The notes beneath the pieces were generated by a model. It was not told where the DNA came from and made no database searches. It saw only the letters and a program-made list of their open reading frames with translations. DNA of 64,000 bases, taken from NCBI RefSeq assembly GCF_009914755.1, contig NC_060929.1; one strand, given 5' to 3'. Made by a program: the position numbers and the translations under genes. The first letter of the stretch is position 1; every line of letters starts with the position of its first letter. This document shows, one piece after another, positions 41,520 through 56,710 of this stretch. This stretch comes from the human T2T-CHM13v2.0 reference genome, Homo sapiens.

Positions 41520-41924
41520 CTAGGAGGTGTAGCACTATTAATGCAACTTCTCCAAAATGACTACTAGTGCAGCGAGGACTTCATATTGATTTACCCCATC
41601 AAATAATTATACATCTTAAATGATAGAAGCTTTAAGGCATTAATAAAATGCTATGAGGTTTTATGGGTTTTATCACATTTTATTACAGCATAACTGTATA
41701 TTGTAACAGATGTCTTCAGCATTTAAAATTTTTATATTTTGTATTAATCTTCATATTTATAATATTTTACTAAGTGAAATGTTTGTAATAATGAGTCTTT
41801 TAAAATTTCATATCAATTACCTTTATACCTTAGTAAGTTGTTTTGAAATTTCATATCAATTATCATTATACATTAGAAAGTTATACATTTATTGCATACT
41901 ACTCTGTTTTTTATGAAATATGTC

Positions 41925-42355
41925 ATTATTTTATATTTTCACCTTACAGAAAAGTTGCAAGATTAGTACAAGAATCTCCAAGATACTCTTACCTAAATTT
42001 ACTAGCTGCTTATATTTTTGTCTCACTTGTTTTATCATCCCCTCTCTCTCTCTGTGTTTTGTTCTATTTATCTATTTATTTATACATATACGTATATTAT
42101 TTTTCTTCTTAAATCATTTGAGAGTAAGTTGGAGATAGTGTTACCCTTAACCCCTAAATACTTCAGTGTGCTCAGCCTAAGAGTAAGCTTATTATCTTAA
42201 ATAGCTACAGTATAGTTAACAAAATCAGAAACTAAAAAATTATCTGTACTCAATATTCAAATTTCAACAATTTGTCAATAAACAGTCATTTGTAGATATT
42301 TTTCTCCAGCCGGAATCCAAATATATTGTTTCCAAGTTTCTCTAGTCTCTTTAAG
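41925..42355 (-). mobile_element. L1MC4/5-like 3' end
   Basis: CTTACAGAAAAGTTGCAAGATTAGTACAAG...AATCATTTGAGAGTAAGTTGGAGA...ACCCCTAAATACTTCAGTGTG. Confidence 0.7.
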
Positions 42356-42599
42356 TTTTGTATAACTACATATACAAATATATATGAACTTATTACATGT
42401 ACATTCTTTAAAGGTTTTGCATTTTCATGTAAGTCAGACTATTTTCTATATATGAAAACTTTATAAGAATATTGTTTTTGCCAAACACTCTGAGATAAAA
42501 ATATGTGAACTTTTCATTTATGTAATAAAATCTGGCAAATATTATAGAGGAAACAGTAATGACTAAATCATTATTCTTATCTTTGACACAGTTCAGATT

Positions 42600-42790
42600 C
42601 TACTAATAATATTTGCATACATCAAGTGTTAAACACTAGGCTAAGTGGTCTTTGATATATTGTCTCACCCTTTGAATAACGTAAATAAGCAACCTGGTAT
42701 ACAGTGAGGATACAAATTAGTAACTTGAAGTGTGTATAGTTGATAGCTATTGAAACTGAAATTTGAATTCAGGTTTTTAGAATTCCAATT
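42600..42790 (-). mobile_element. MIR fragment
   Basis: TACAGTGAGGATACA...AGTAACTTG...GAAATTTGAATTCAGG resembles the MIR core. Confidence 0.45.
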
Positions 42791-43163
42791 AAGCAAATGT
42801 GTGTAATATATAATATATAATATAAAATAACAAGGGTCAGAAATAAATCCAGATGAAGTTCCAGGAGTGAGAGATCACACCAATTTTTAATATGAGAAAT
42901 GAATGAGAATTTAGGCTTTGAATGTAGTTGTGCATAAGTATACATAAATACACATGCTCATCAGAAGCAATAGTTCAGAATGTGATTCATTCCATCCCTC
43001 AATCATGTGCTGACTTTAATGGTTATATATCTGTGTCTCATTAAGAAAATGTTCATTTTTCTTGAAAGAATAATTTCTAATATCTACTTCCAGAAAAATC
43101 ATGTGTGTGTTGGTGGGGATGCTACTCACAAATTTGGGATAGATTTATTCCTTAAGTAAGAGG

Positions 43164-43780
43164 GGTATATTTCTTTTCTTTTGCTGCAAAACAAATTTCC
43201 ACAGATTTAATAACTTCAAACAACACCCATTCATTAGCTCACAGTCCTGCAGGTCACAAGTCTGGGTGACCTCAACTGAATTCTATGTTGGGGTTATCAC
43301 AAAGCTGAAATTATGGTGTTGATCAGGCTAAACTTTTATCTAGAGACATTGGAAAAGAATCCACTTCCAGATTCTTTCAGATCAATGGCAGAATCCAGTT
43401 CTATGCAGTTGGAGATCTAAAGGTTCCACTTTCCTTGTTGGCTCTCTGCCAGCAGTGACCACCTGTACTTCTCACGTCACCTTCTCTGTCTTCAAAGTCC
43501 ACAACCATGTGTTTTGTCTTTCTCACACTTTAATCTTTCTGAATTCCTCTTCTGCTACCAGCTGGCAACTCTGCTTTTCAAATGCGCGTGTGATTACATT
43601 GGACCATGGTCATTACCCGATCATAAGTGTCAACTGATTAGTACACTTAATTACATTCTCTAAGTCCCTGTGGCCTTGTATGTTAACATATTCAATAGCG
43701 TGATTTTCGTTATATTGGCATTCCCAATAATAATGATAAAAAATGTGGTGGGGGCCATTTTTTGAATTTTGCTTACCTCA
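43164..43780 (-). mobile_element. MLT1E-type MaLR LTR
   Basis: TTGCTGCAAAACAAATTTCCACAGATTTAATAACTTCAAACAACACCCATTCATTAGCTCACAGT...GGGGCCATTTTTTGAATTTTGCTTACCTCA. Confidence 0.78.
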
Positions 43781-44287
43781 TAGAAGATAGTAAAATACGT
43801 CCGAGACATATCTGAATTTAGCCCTATTTTGTCACATCAGCACTACCACTTTCAGAGTGACCCTGAATATTTGGGATGAGTATCCTTGTAATCTGCACAT
43901 TTAAGGTCTTTTTTTCAGTAAGAATTCTACTTGACATCACTGTAATTTTTGATGTTATTGATAAACTATATAAATTTCTTCTCTCTTGGTTTTCACAAAA
44001 CCATTATTTTTTTGCTAGCTTAATTATACCTTTGGCCACTTATGAGTCTATTTTTCTTTGTTGTTGCTTCTGATGTATTTTGTTTTGTTTTGTTTTTTCT
44101 TTACCAGCTGTGAAATATCCACCAAGCTTTGGATTACAATGTTTTCTCATAATATATTTTATTCCTATTGAATATTTACTCTCATGGATTCCATTATCTA
44201 TTTGCAAATATATTTCCAATACTGATTCCCACTTTGCTATGTAGTCTTCCACTTGTATTTGTTGATCACAAATAAATAGCACGTAAA

Positions 44288-44606
<319 letters not shown>

Positions 44607-44869
44607 CTAATGCAACAGAAAATAGACTTTCAGCACTGAGAGAAAATAGAAAAATTTTGCTCATACTCATTACATTAAGTATTCTTGGCAAATTAAAAAA
44701 ATACATCAAACAGTATATTGTTAAATTGCAAAATATCTATACTAAATAATCAAAGGGTTATATCAATATTTTTATAATTCATGTCACAGTGGTACTTAAA
44801 CTTTTATATTGTATTTTAAGTTATTTTGAAGCTGGCACAATAGATTCTCTGGGTTTATAAGACTACTGG

Positions 44870-45115
44870 ACCTGGACCTGGAGAACATTGGTCAATGACA
44901 CGTCTCAGATGAAACGCTCTCCAAGAAGCTTCTTTTAGCCCAAGAGAGCAACCTTGCCCAAAGTCATGCCAGTTTTTAGGCAACTGCCCATATCCAATGA
45001 CTGGAGAATGAAAAGATATAAACTCCCAGCATATTTGCCTTAAGACAGAACAATTATGATGGGTAATTCATACTCCACAGCTGCCTGTGATGAGCTGTGG
45101 TCTTGGCTTCAAATG
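44870..45115 (+). mobile_element. LTR16-family (LTR16C-like) fragment, interrupted by Tigger3b
   Basis: CCCAAGAGAGCAACCTTGCCCAAAGTCATGCC...GCCCATATCCAATGACTGG...TATAAA. Confidence 0.6.
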
Positions 45116-46282
45116 CAGTCGTGTGCCATGTAACCAAGTTTCAGTAAATGACTGACTGCATGTAGGATGGTGGTCCCCTAAGATTATAATGGAGCTGAAA
45201 AATTCCTATCACCTAGTAGCATCATAGTCCTTGTAACATCACAGTGCAATGAATTACTCTTATGTTTGTGGTGATGTTGCTGTACAAAAAACCTACTGAA
45301 CTGCCAGGCATATAAAAGTATATAGTACTTACAATTATGTACAATACTTAATAGTTGATATGATAAGAACTAACTATACTATTGGTTTATGTATTTAATA
45401 TACTATACATTTCATTGTTATTTTAGGGTATAAATAAGTTAACTATAAAACAGCCTCAGGCAGGTCCTTCAGGAAGTATTTCAGAAGATATTTTTATCAT
45501 AGGAGATAATCATTACATGCTTGTTATTGTGACTGAAGACCTTTTAGTGGGGCAAGATATGGAGGTAAAAGGCAGTAATATTGAAGAGCCTGACCCAGTG
45601 TAGGGCAAGGTTAATGTGTGTGTGTTTCTTAGTTTCTAACAAAAAAATTAAAAGGAAAAAATAAACTAAAAATTTTTAAAAATAGAAAAATGCTTGTAGA
45701 ATAAGGATATAAAGAAAATATTTTGTACAGCTATACAATGTGTTTATGTTTTAAGCTACATGTTACTAAAAAGAGTCAAAAAGTTAAAAACTTTAAAAGC
45801 TTATGATGTAAAAACATAGCAGTAAGATAATGTTAATTTATTATTGAAGAAATATTTCTTGATATACCCTGAGTGTACACTGTTAATGACATCTACCATA
45901 GAATTTCAGGCCTTCATATCTACCTGCCACTCTCTTATGCACTAAACTAGAGCAACTGGCAGTCCTGCAAGCTACATTCACAGTAAGTGCCCTGTACAGG
46001 TGTATGTTTTTCTATCTGTTATACTATGATTTTTACTGTACCTTTTCTATGTTGGGATACACAAATACTCACCACTGTGCTACAATTACCTACAGTCTTC
46101 AGTACAGTAACATACCATACAGGTTTGTAGCCTAGAAGCAATATGCTATACCGTATATGCCAGGTGTGTTGTAAGCTATATTGTCTAGGTTGTATAAGTA
46201 CAATCTATTATGTTCACACAATGACAAAATTGCCTAACGATACATTTCTCAGGTTTCCCTATTGTTAAATATTGCTTGAGTG
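45116..46282 (-). mobile_element. Tigger3b, near full length
   Basis: Both TIRs visible (CAGTCGTGTGCCATGTAAC at the left end; ...TGCTTGAGTG|TA at the right end); internal AAGATTATAATGGAGCTGAAAAATTCCTATCACCTAG. Confidence 0.9.
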
Positions 46283-46719
46283 TACATCGCTGCTTTGCTT
46301 TGAGTAACCACTCCTGCTGACCAATATTACTTTTTACACTAACTCATAGGTGTTCAGAGCTTCCTTTTATTATTTTTGTTATGCAGTACATGTTTTAATA
46401 ATTATTGAATAATATACTAGAGCATTTATCTGACCATCTCATGACACCTGCCAGAAAACAAGCTAAAAAGCAACACAGAAAAATTCCTTCGATGCAATTC
46501 CTTGTAATTCAGTTGTTTTAATTACCACAATCCTCATAAATAAAGCTTCTAACTCACTTTGTAAAAGATTGTATAATTTATGGTTTTATTTTTAAAATGC
46601 TTTGACATCAAACATCTCTAAATCATGCAGTCATTTAATGTAGTGGTAACCTATATCAAGTACTATGTCTCTAAAATTTAAGTTTGTATTTTTCTCAAAA
46701 GAATGGAGTCTCTAATGCA

Positions 46720-47136
46720 AGCTATTTGACAGAACCACCATCTGCCTGCCCTGAGCTTTAACATCTAGAGGAAGGTATCATCCACTGGGGAAATTTCCAC
46801 ATGCATTTCAGTTGAAAAGCTAAGACTTCCTCACCTTTTCTTGCCCTTTGTGCTTGGAGAAATGGAGTACCACTCAACACTGCTGGCCAAAGATACAGCT
46901 GGCCAGTTTTGACCTCCTGGATTCTGGCCAACAGCTGTTCAATCTGTGCTCTGCACTCAAGGGACTTGAAGTTGAAGCATCATCCCCTGTATTGCCAATT
47001 CCACCCTAATTATCTCAATGCTCCATAACCAAAGACTTCTTTTTTTTCCCCCACCAGAATAAATTGGTTAGCATTTTCTCTATCAAATCCATACTATTTA
47101 TTAGTATAGCTACATGAATGACCTAGACTCTAATAC
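46720..47136 (+). mobile_element. Old ERVL LTR (LTR33-like)
   Basis: TTGAAAAGCTAAGACTTCCTCACC...; ends CTAGACTCTAATAC, similar to LTR33 termini. Confidence 0.4.
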
Positions 47137-47513
47137 TTACGAATTCAGTAAGTGTATTATCAGTAGGTTGTATTTTTTTGACTGAAGCACAACCTGAAAA
47201 CTTTTTAGTAAATAAAAACAATAATAGTAAGTCATAGTTAGCAAATGATTTTTGAAACTTTAAAAAAATTGATTATTAAGTGGGATTAAAGGGACGAGAT
47301 ATCGACTTTCAATTTTATCGTTTACAATAATTTTTTATTTACAATTTTTATTAGAATAATCTCAAAAACTCTGGGAGAATTATTTTATATAAGAAAACTT
47401 GAGCTTTTTGGCAGGGAATGGACCACATAAAGGGATTAGTTAATTGGAGAATCCTAGTGCATTTACTCAGCTGTCCAGTTGCTATTTATGAGTTGAAGAA
47501 AGAAAAGTGTATT

Positions 47514-48254
47514 TGAAAACACCTTTGCAAAAATTATGACACTGAAAAAATCAAACATAGGAAAATTACGACAGTGAATGAAATCTGACCTAACTGACCC
47601 CATCTTGCTTTTAACCTACAAGCTGCTCTTGTTCATTCTTGGGTGTAGGTTGAGCTTACCATAGTAGGAATTTACCTTATAGTTTAACTTTGAAACTAAG
47701 ATGATAGCCCCTTCCTGAAATGAACCCTCTCTTTGCTGGGGACCCGACCACCTTTGTAAGGCTAACAAGTTAGCCACAAGATTAAAAATGATGGATCAGG
47801 AGTCATGCAGCCAGAGGCCACAAGATTCCTAACCTCCTCAACTGCTCCTGTGGATACCATCACTATTGTAAAACCTAAGATTGTTGTTAGAGACATTCAT
47901 CAGGCCCTGCATTCTGATGGACCAGCTGGCACCACCCAGATCGGTAAACTGGTTCAATTAGTTCTGTGATCCCACCCAGGAACCGAAAGCAGAAAGAAAA
48001 ACCCACTTTGACCCCCAGTGAATGTATCCCCTACGCTAACAATTAACATTCCCCATTCCCTAGCCCTCTGCCCATCAAATTATCCTTGAAAAACCCTAAC
48101 CTCTGAGCCTTTGAGGAGACTGATGTGAGTGATAGCTCTAGTTCTCCTGCATGGCTGTCCTTGCATCTATTAAATTCTTTATTTTCTGCAATACTACAGT
48201 CTCAGTCAATTGATTTTTGTGCAGTGTGCAGGAAGAACCCCTTGGGTGATTACA
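47514..48254 (+). mobile_element. LTR8A-like ERV1 solo LTR
   Basis: TGAAAACACCTTTGCAAAAATTATGAC...GAAGAACCCCTTGGGTGATTACA; perfect 4-bp TSD TATT. Confidence 0.88.
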
Positions 48255-48731
48255 TATTTGTACAATTATATTTTTAAATACATACAGCAACTCATATTTC
48301 CCACAGTGTTTCTGTTTCTTAAATTATTTTTACCATGTTTGCCCTTTAAATTTTCTCTCAAAAACGTATGTGTAACTTTTCCACGAGACATAAAACATTA
48401 ATATATAACCTTTTTGATTACTTTCCAGTAGTGCCAATAAAAATGCACACGTCTTGCTTACTCTTGCCCACTGTCCCCATGTGATCAGCATTAGTGAGCC
48501 ACATTATGAAGTAGGATAATGATTACAGAATCACAAGTGTATTGAACCTCTTATTTTGAATAAATAGACCCTATAATTTATCTAAAATTTAGACCTATAA
48601 TGTCTAAATTTATAATATTTTAACCCGAATACACTATTGCCCTATCAGATATGCTAGCAGAGGAAATAGTCCATTGTTATTTTCTGTTTATTGATTAGAA
48701 TAGAGTGATGATTTGGTTATGTGCTGTGTTC

Positions 48732-50930
48732 AGATATAGCAAAGTTTCTCAGTAAACAGATCTGGAGATGAAAATTTGCACATAATAATTTTATTAAGGA
48801 GAGTTCTCAGGATTAATACCTATTGAGAAATAAAAAAAATTAAGATTGAGAAAAAGAACTTGAACTGTGAAACAGTCTCAAGGAGGCCTTGGCCAATCTC
48901 TTGGGCAGCTCTGCTAAAATGGTTCTTTAGAATTCTGCTTTGATATAGGGGCACAAGCATTTATACTATCATATCAATAGCCATTTGATAAGGAGTGTCC
49001 TAGAGAAAGAAGGTTTCTTCTGGTAAGGCAGCTCCCTTTGCCCAAGGACAATTCATAAGTCTCAAGGCTCAGGAGAAAGACATCAGGCAGCAATACTCTC
49101 AGGGGGCGGACAAATGAAAGCCTCAGAACTGAAGGGTGTATCTTGGAGGCACAAAAGAGCATCCATTATAGTCCAACCTTTTGCTTTCTTCAGCTCCACA
49201 TACTTTATGTAATACATTTTAGAAACTCTTCATTCAAGATTTGCACTGGTCATATTTCTTGGGGTAAATTGCAACAGGAAGTTTAGTGGAAAAAACTTCA
49301 ACATCACCACTGTAGCTGGTCTTGAAGACATAATTTGCTTCTCTCTCTCTCTTTTTTTTTCTTTTTTAAAAACCAGTTCTAGATTCCCGTCAATTTTAAC
49401 AAGGATCTTCACTGGCTTAGGGTCTTATTCGTAAGTTGACCAAGAAGTTATTCACTCCCAAGGGGGTTTGAACTCCAGGTCTTCATGCTTCCCTCAGTCT
49501 ACTGTACATGAGCATTAAACAATAAAATTGGGTAAGAAAATGCCAAGAGATATCTCAGGGAGGACATGAGTATCAAGCATGTTGTTTTCTGACCTCACTG
49601 CATAACATTTCTATCTCTTTATGATGATCAAGATAATTACTACTACTAAGATTGTGACACCTTCTCTTGATTATTGGTATTTTGACAACAAGTCCTGAAG
49701 TATACCTACAACAGCCAAGGATTGAAGTTTAAAGGGACTCTTGCTGTGTACTCTGGTGAAAGTCTTCTTCCACAGGAACCCAGATCTCTGAGGAAAAAAA
49801 AAAAGAAATAAGTAAAAACCTCTTAAATGGGTAGCTGGAAATAAAAATAAGTTCAGTTACTTACTGAGAACCACTCTCAGCTATCAAATCCATATATCTC
49901 AACTTTTTTATCCTAGCACCATATGAGAGCTATTGATTTAGGGGATATATTGCGTTTTGAAATACAGTGTTCTACCTTACCAGAGTATTATCCTTAAACA
50001 GGCACATCAGTTGTGCTTTTCATGGACTGTTACATTTATATTTCTCTCTCTGATTAACAGCTTCTGGGTGGGGTGCATATGTGTGTATGTGTGTGTGCGT
50101 ATGTGTGTATAACAGAAGTAGTTGATGCCACAGTAAACTACACTGATACACTGTTTTGCTCTAAAGTAGGTTCTGAGGCTGTGCTAGTCCTATATCAACT
50201 TGTAATTCCTTGAATGATAATGCTTATTGAGACCCTGAAGGCAGGAACTGAACCTGGGATAGGTTTTGATGTTTTCACCTCTGGTGTCAAAGGACTCCAC
50301 TGTAATTAACTTGCTACTATAGAGTACATGTGGTCTCTTCATGTATGAGGGCATATCATGGGTTCTGAATTGGACTTTTATGTTTGAATATTGGACATTC
50401 TGAAGCCATAGTAGCTAGGTCAGCCTTAGTGAGTTGGAATCTATGTCACTAGGTTCATTCATGACCACCCTTGCCACTATAACAACCTTATTATTATGCA
50501 CTTATCCTTTCAGGACTAAAGGGGCCATTGAGACTTTCTTACATCAAATGGCTGAGTCATTGTTTCTGTCTGGTTGTTTAGTGCATTGTCAATGGCACAT
50601 GCCTCTTGTTGGGTATTATCATATACTACAAAGATCATATATCATGTCCACTCCTGTAGGTTAATTGACATGTGGTTCCCCAGACATTCTTGTTCTTAGT
50701 CTCATTTTTTTTTTGCAGACTTTCCAAAAACCTGCTAAGCTATTTGCCACACCCCATGATTCTGCATACATTCTGTCACTAGTCTGCTTCTCTTTCCATA
50801 TAACGTGAATGACCAAAGATTTGCTCATTAGGAGAATTTCTCCTCTCCCAACTTTCAGGACAAACTATGAGTGGACCTCTGATGAAACTGCAGCAAGGTT
50901 TTATTAGGTTCTAACCAATATCGAGTCTAA
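48732..50930 (-). mobile_element. LTR16A-like 3' LTR (~48732-49170) plus HERV16-type internal fragment
   Basis: AAACAGATCTGGAGATGAAAATTTGCACA...AAGGCAGCTCCCTTTGCCCAAGGACAATTC...; adjacent decayed pol-like sequence (GCCATAGTAGCTAGGTCAGCCTTAGTGAG, CAAAGATCATATATCATGTCC). Confidence 0.65.
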
Positions 50931-51367
50931 TCCACCCAAAGTCTGACAAAGTTAGAAGTTACCAAAACTAATTCAAGAAAAAATAGAAAACCTGAATAAA
51001 ACTTACATCCGTAAAAAAGTTTGAAATTAAAAATCTTTCCCAAAGCATAATCAACCTCTCAAGAAAAGAACAACAGCAACAACAACAACAACAACAAAAC
51101 ATAAGGCCAGCCCAGATGGCTTCTCTGGTAAATTTCATCAAATATTTAAAGAAGAAAAAATACCATATCTACTCAAACGCTTCTAGAGAACAGAAGAGAA
51201 GGGGACAGTGTTAATCACATTTCCAAGAGGTTAGTGTATTCCAAAACCAAACAAAAAATCACAAGAAAAGTAATTCATAGTGCAATAACCTTATAAACAT
51301 AAATGCGTAAAATCTTAAGATATTAGCCAATTATATTCAGCATAATATAAGAATGATATACTATACT

Positions 51368-51725
<358 letters not shown>

Positions 51726-53052
51726 TTAATGTCTATAAATTTATTAGTATGGTGTATTAAGAGAGTGAAGCACAAAAATACACATAATCATCTTAAAAGA
51801 CACAAAAAAATGATAATTGAAGAAAATCTAACACTGCTTCATAGTAAAAACTCTCAAAGTTAAGAAATAGAAGTGAACTTTCTCAACTAGATAAAGGACA
51901 CATACCACAAACAAACAAAAAAATGACAATTAATATCATGTTTAGTTGTGAAAGGCTGAAAACCCCTTTTCCTATTATAGAGAAAAAGTAAAAAATGTCT
52001 ACTCCTACCATTCTATTAAATGTCATGCTAAGAGTCTAGCCAGTGTTATATGGCAAAAATAAAATGATAAAAATGAAATTAAATAACAAGCATGCATAGT
52101 AATAAGGAGAAGTAAGATAGTTATTTTTTGCAAATGACATAATCCTATAGATAGAAAATCCTAAGGAATACATACACTCAGAAAGAAAACAAAGAAATAC
52201 AGTTTGCAAAAATCACAGGATACAAAATTAATGTACAATAATGCATTTTGGAATTCTAGCAATAAGAGACATAAAAATAAAATCTCAGAAAAAAGCTTTA
52301 TTCACATTTACATTAGAAGCTACAATAAAAATATATTTAAAACAACAATTAAAAACTACAAAATATTGCTGAAAGTACAGAAGACCTAAGCAAATGATGA
52401 GGTATCTCATGTTCATGGAATGACTCAGAATTGTTAAGATGAGAACTCTTCTCAAATTGTTCTGTAGATTACATGAACTTCCTATCAAAATCTCAGCATG
52501 TTATTTTATAATAGAAAATGACAAGGTGATTTTAAAAATTATGTGGAAATGTAAAAGATTGAGCCTAGCCAAAACCACTTTGAAAAAAAAATTGGAGGAC
52601 TTATACCACCTTAAGTCTGAATACACTGTACAATTTGAATAATAAAGGTAGCGTGTTATTACCAAAATTATAATCAAATAGGTCCATGAGTATAACTGAG
52701 AGTCCAGAAATAAAGGCTTACCTTTTCAGTCAATTGATTTTCTACGAAGATGCCAAGTTAATTTAAGGGCAAAAAAAAAAAAAAAATAGACATTACAAAA
52801 AATTTGTGCTGGGAAAATTAGATGTCTATAAACAAATAAGCAAAAAATACAAACAATACAGAAACCAAAGCAAAACTTACATTAAAAAAAACTCAAAATT
52901 AATCATAGAGCTAGATGTCAATGATAAAACTATAAAAAATACATAAGAGAACATAGGTGAAAAAATCCTATGGCTTTTGGTTAAGTAGAATTTTCATATA
53001 TGTCAACAAAAACAAGATCCATGAAAGGAAAATGTTGATAAATCATACACAT

Positions 53053-53755
53053 GGATATGGTTTGGCTCTGTCGCCACTGAAATCTTATCTGGAATTGTAA
53101 TCCCCAGGTGTTAAGGGAGGGACCTGGTGAGAGGTGACTGAATCATGGGGGAGGTTCACCCATGCTGTTCTCGTGATAGGGAGTTCTCGTGATAGGGAGT
53201 TCTCAGGAGATCTGATGGTTTAAAAGTGGCAGTTTTTCCTGCTCTCTCTCTTTCTCCTGCTGCCTTGTGAAGACAGTAGTTGCTTCCCCTTTGCCTTCCG
53301 CCATGACTGGAAGTTTCCTGAGGTCTCCCAGCCATGCAGAACTGTGAGTTCATTTAATCTCTTTCCTTTATAAATTACCCTGTCTCAGTAGCATCTTTTT
53401 CTTTTTTCTTTTCTTTTTTCTTTTTTTTTTTTTGAAACCGAGTCTTGCCTTGTCGCCCAGGCTAGAGTGCAGTGGCGCGATCTTGGCTCACTGAAACTTC
53501 CTCCTCCCAGGTTCAAACGATTCTCCTGCCTCAGCCTCGTGAGTAACTGGGACTACAGGCGCCCGCCACCACGCCCAGATGTTTTTGTATTTTTAGTAGA
53601 GAGGGGGTTTCACAATGTTGGTCAGGCTGGTCTTCAACCCCTGACCTCAAGCAATCCACTCCCCTCGGCCTCCCAAAGTGCTGGGATAACAGGCATGAGC
53701 CACTGCGCTCAGCCTCAGTAGTATCTTTATAGCAGTGTGAAAATGGACTAAAACA
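53053..53755 (+). mobile_element. MSTA LTR nested in L1 and split by an Alu
   Basis: GATATGGTTTGGCTCTGT...GGGAGGGACCTGGTG...GCCATGCAGAACTGTGAG...AAATGGACTAAAACA; TSD CACAT/CATAT. Confidence 0.88.
53399..53714 (-). mobile_element. AluS-family element nested in MSTA
   Basis: Full body; TSD TCAGTAG(C/T)ATCTTT. Confidence 0.92.
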
Positions 53756-54139
53756 CATATCAAAAGTAAAAATTTAAGATAATAAAAATGCAAGCCATGT
53801 CCTGGGAAATTATCTTTACAAAGTATATATCTGACAAAAGATTTGTATCCAGAATACATAAAAGACTCAAAGATCAACAATAAGAAAATCAACAACCAAA
53901 TGAAAAACTGGCCAAAGATTTCAACAAGCACTTCACCAGAGTAGATCTACGGATGACTATTAAATATGCATGTGCAAAGTTCCTCAACGTCATTAGTCAT
54001 TTGAAAAATGTAGACCCAGAGTTCGATACCAGCATTTATACATATACACACACGCACTAAGATAGCTACAAGTTTTTAAAAAGACAAATATGTGAAGAAA
54101 GCGTATCCTGTACAATTCGATTCTTATAAACTATACTTA

Positions 54140-54439
<300 letters not shown>

Positions 54440-54636
54440 CTATGTGTTTTAGACAATGAAACATAGTTATAGTGGTTGAAAGCAGATCATTAGTTTTCTG
54501 GAGGAATCTGGAACGGAGTAAGAAGGAAGTAATAAAAGGGTAGGAGGAAAAGTTTGTAGGTGGTTGCTATGTTTATTATTTTGATGGGAATAATTGTTTC
54601 ACCTGTATATACATGTGTAAAAAAATGTCAAGTTGT

Positions 54637-54798
54637 GGCCAGGCGGGTGGCTCACGCCTGTAATTCCAGCTACTCAGGAGGCTGAGGCAGGAGAATCGCT
54701 TGAACTCAGGAGGCGGAGGTTGCAGTGAACTGAGATGGCATCACTACACTCCAGCCTGGGCAACAGAGTGAGACTCCTTCTCAAAAAAAAAAAAAAAA
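54637..54798 (+). mobile_element. Monomeric chimeric Alu (left-arm start fused to right arm)
   Basis: GGCCAGGCGGGTGGCTCACGCCTGTAAT continues as CCAGCTACTCAGGAGGCTGAGGCAGGAGAATCGC; TSD approximately TCAAG(T/C)TGT. Confidence 0.85.
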
Positions 54799-56104
54799 TC
54801 AAGCTGTAATTTTAAATATATGTGTTACATTGTATGTCAAATATAACTACTACAGCTTTCAATAAAAATAAGATATTTTATATATTGCATTTTCATTTCA
54901 CTGAATCAATGTTGCTATTTATTGCAGCATGTACAATAATTTTTTAATAAAAAAGGAAAATATATGCTATTAAATTTGTCATCTATCTTCACTGAAGAAT
55001 TAGAAGAATGTTTAAACTGTGAAATCTATGGAAGAGCACATGAAATTTAAAATCTGATCAATAAGTTTGTTCAAATGATTGTTTCATTGTCACTATTGAA
55101 AATTAAAAATTTGCTTTCATTTTCCTCAAGCTCTTGGGACTAGATATAGAATTACTTCTAGAATATATATTAGTGAGCAATTTCTTCTGATTTTTATTCT
55201 TTTAGGCAAAAATATGTTCACTGATATTAAATTTATTATTCTGTATCATGAATATCAGATGAAGCATGAAAATGAACATGAATAGACAAGCCAAGTTTCT
55301 TTTGAATGTTGAATAAGAGTGTGTTAATAATAATGTAACTACCTTTCCACTTGCATTATTTGCTGATACATATATCAGGTTGCAAATGGTTATAAACAGA
55401 GAATTTGGTAGGAAAGGCATTTAAAGAATTGGTACAGAAATGTGTCATGTGATTTTCATTGAAAATAGAACAAATATGATGCAATCTAGGGGTGATTAGT
55501 TGTTCTTACATTCCAATTGTGTGCTTCAAAAGTAATTGTAGCACAGAGCAGTGTGTTACAAATACTGGCTATGAAAAGGAAATTATTAGCTACATTTATT
55601 ATTACTCTCCAGCCAAATAAAAACAAGATGTCACACAAGAGATCTGAGAATCCTGCTGTCACTGAAGACGTTCAAATGGAACAACAAAATACAACTATTA
55701 CATGCTTGCAGATAATTCTCAACCAAACTTAAAGACAACCAATGTTAACTTGCAAGGAAAGTAGATTTGTTTTTAACTTGAAAAACCATCTCAATAATAT
55801 ACCAAATAAACATTCTTTGAGTGTACAAGGGTTTTCTACATGATACTTGATATAAAGGTCTTTCTTATGCAGATAATATGTTGAAATTAATGTTTTTTGT
55901 ACATTAATTTCAATGGAAAATAATATTCAGTTAGAAATTTAGTAGAATTTTGTGATTTATCTTGCAAGTTTAGTGCATTTCTTTATGGTGACATTTTCAG
56001 ATTCAAGATTATAAGAACATATTTTTTTCTCAAGTAAATTTGCTTAGCAACATATGTTTGAGACATAATAAGAAATTTATGTGTGTGCGTATGTGTAGGT
56101 GTGC

Positions 56105-56555
56105 TCTTGTTATCTATTGCTCCGTAACAAACAATCTATATCTTGTATCTTAAAACAATAACTGTTTATTTTGCTTAGCAATCTGTCATCTGGGCAAGGC
56201 TTAATGGGGATAGCTCATCTCTCCTCCACATGTTGTGACCATAGCCGGCAAGTTTGTGATAGCTTTTGGTTTCTCTCCATGTGGACTTCTCATGGGAAGC
56301 TTGGCCTTCTTACAGCATCATGGCTGGATTCCAAGAACGAATTCCTTAGACTTAGAAAGTTGAAACTGCTGGGTTGTTTGTTTGTTTTGCTTTTTTAATG
56401 TCTGGACAGGAAATTGGCACAGCACAGTGTCGCTTCTCCCGTATTCTATTGGCCAAGCGGCCATAGAGGCCTAGACTGACGGGGAAGATATAAACCCCTC
56501 TCTCAATGTGAAGAGTGGAGAAGAACCTTAGGGCCATATTTAGAAACTTCTGCAA
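56105..56555 (-). mobile_element. MLT1H/I/J-like LTR
   Basis: TTATCTATTGCTCCGTAACAAACA...CTTAAAACAATAAC...ATCTGGGCAAGGCTTAATGGGGATAGCTCATCTCT...GTATTCTATTGGCCAAGC. Confidence 0.68.
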
Positions 56556-56710
56556 TGTGATTGTAACCATCTCAAGCCTGTTTCTGATAATATCGTAAAA
56601 GCACCTTCATCAAGTATTGTACACTGCTTTTGATTGCTTCAAGGGTAGAACCCTAACACCTTACCCACTACAAGTCCTGAAGCTGAGGGTGTAAGGATTT
56701 AATTTGATTA

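Noticed and set aside
41803-41862. 17-bp direct repeat AAATTTCATATCAATTA
   Set aside because: Short AT-rich local duplication with no associated structure.
53167-53204. 16-bp tandem duplication GTTCTCGTGATAGGGA in MSTA
   Set aside because: Ordinary slippage between repeated GTTCTC motifs in the LTR.
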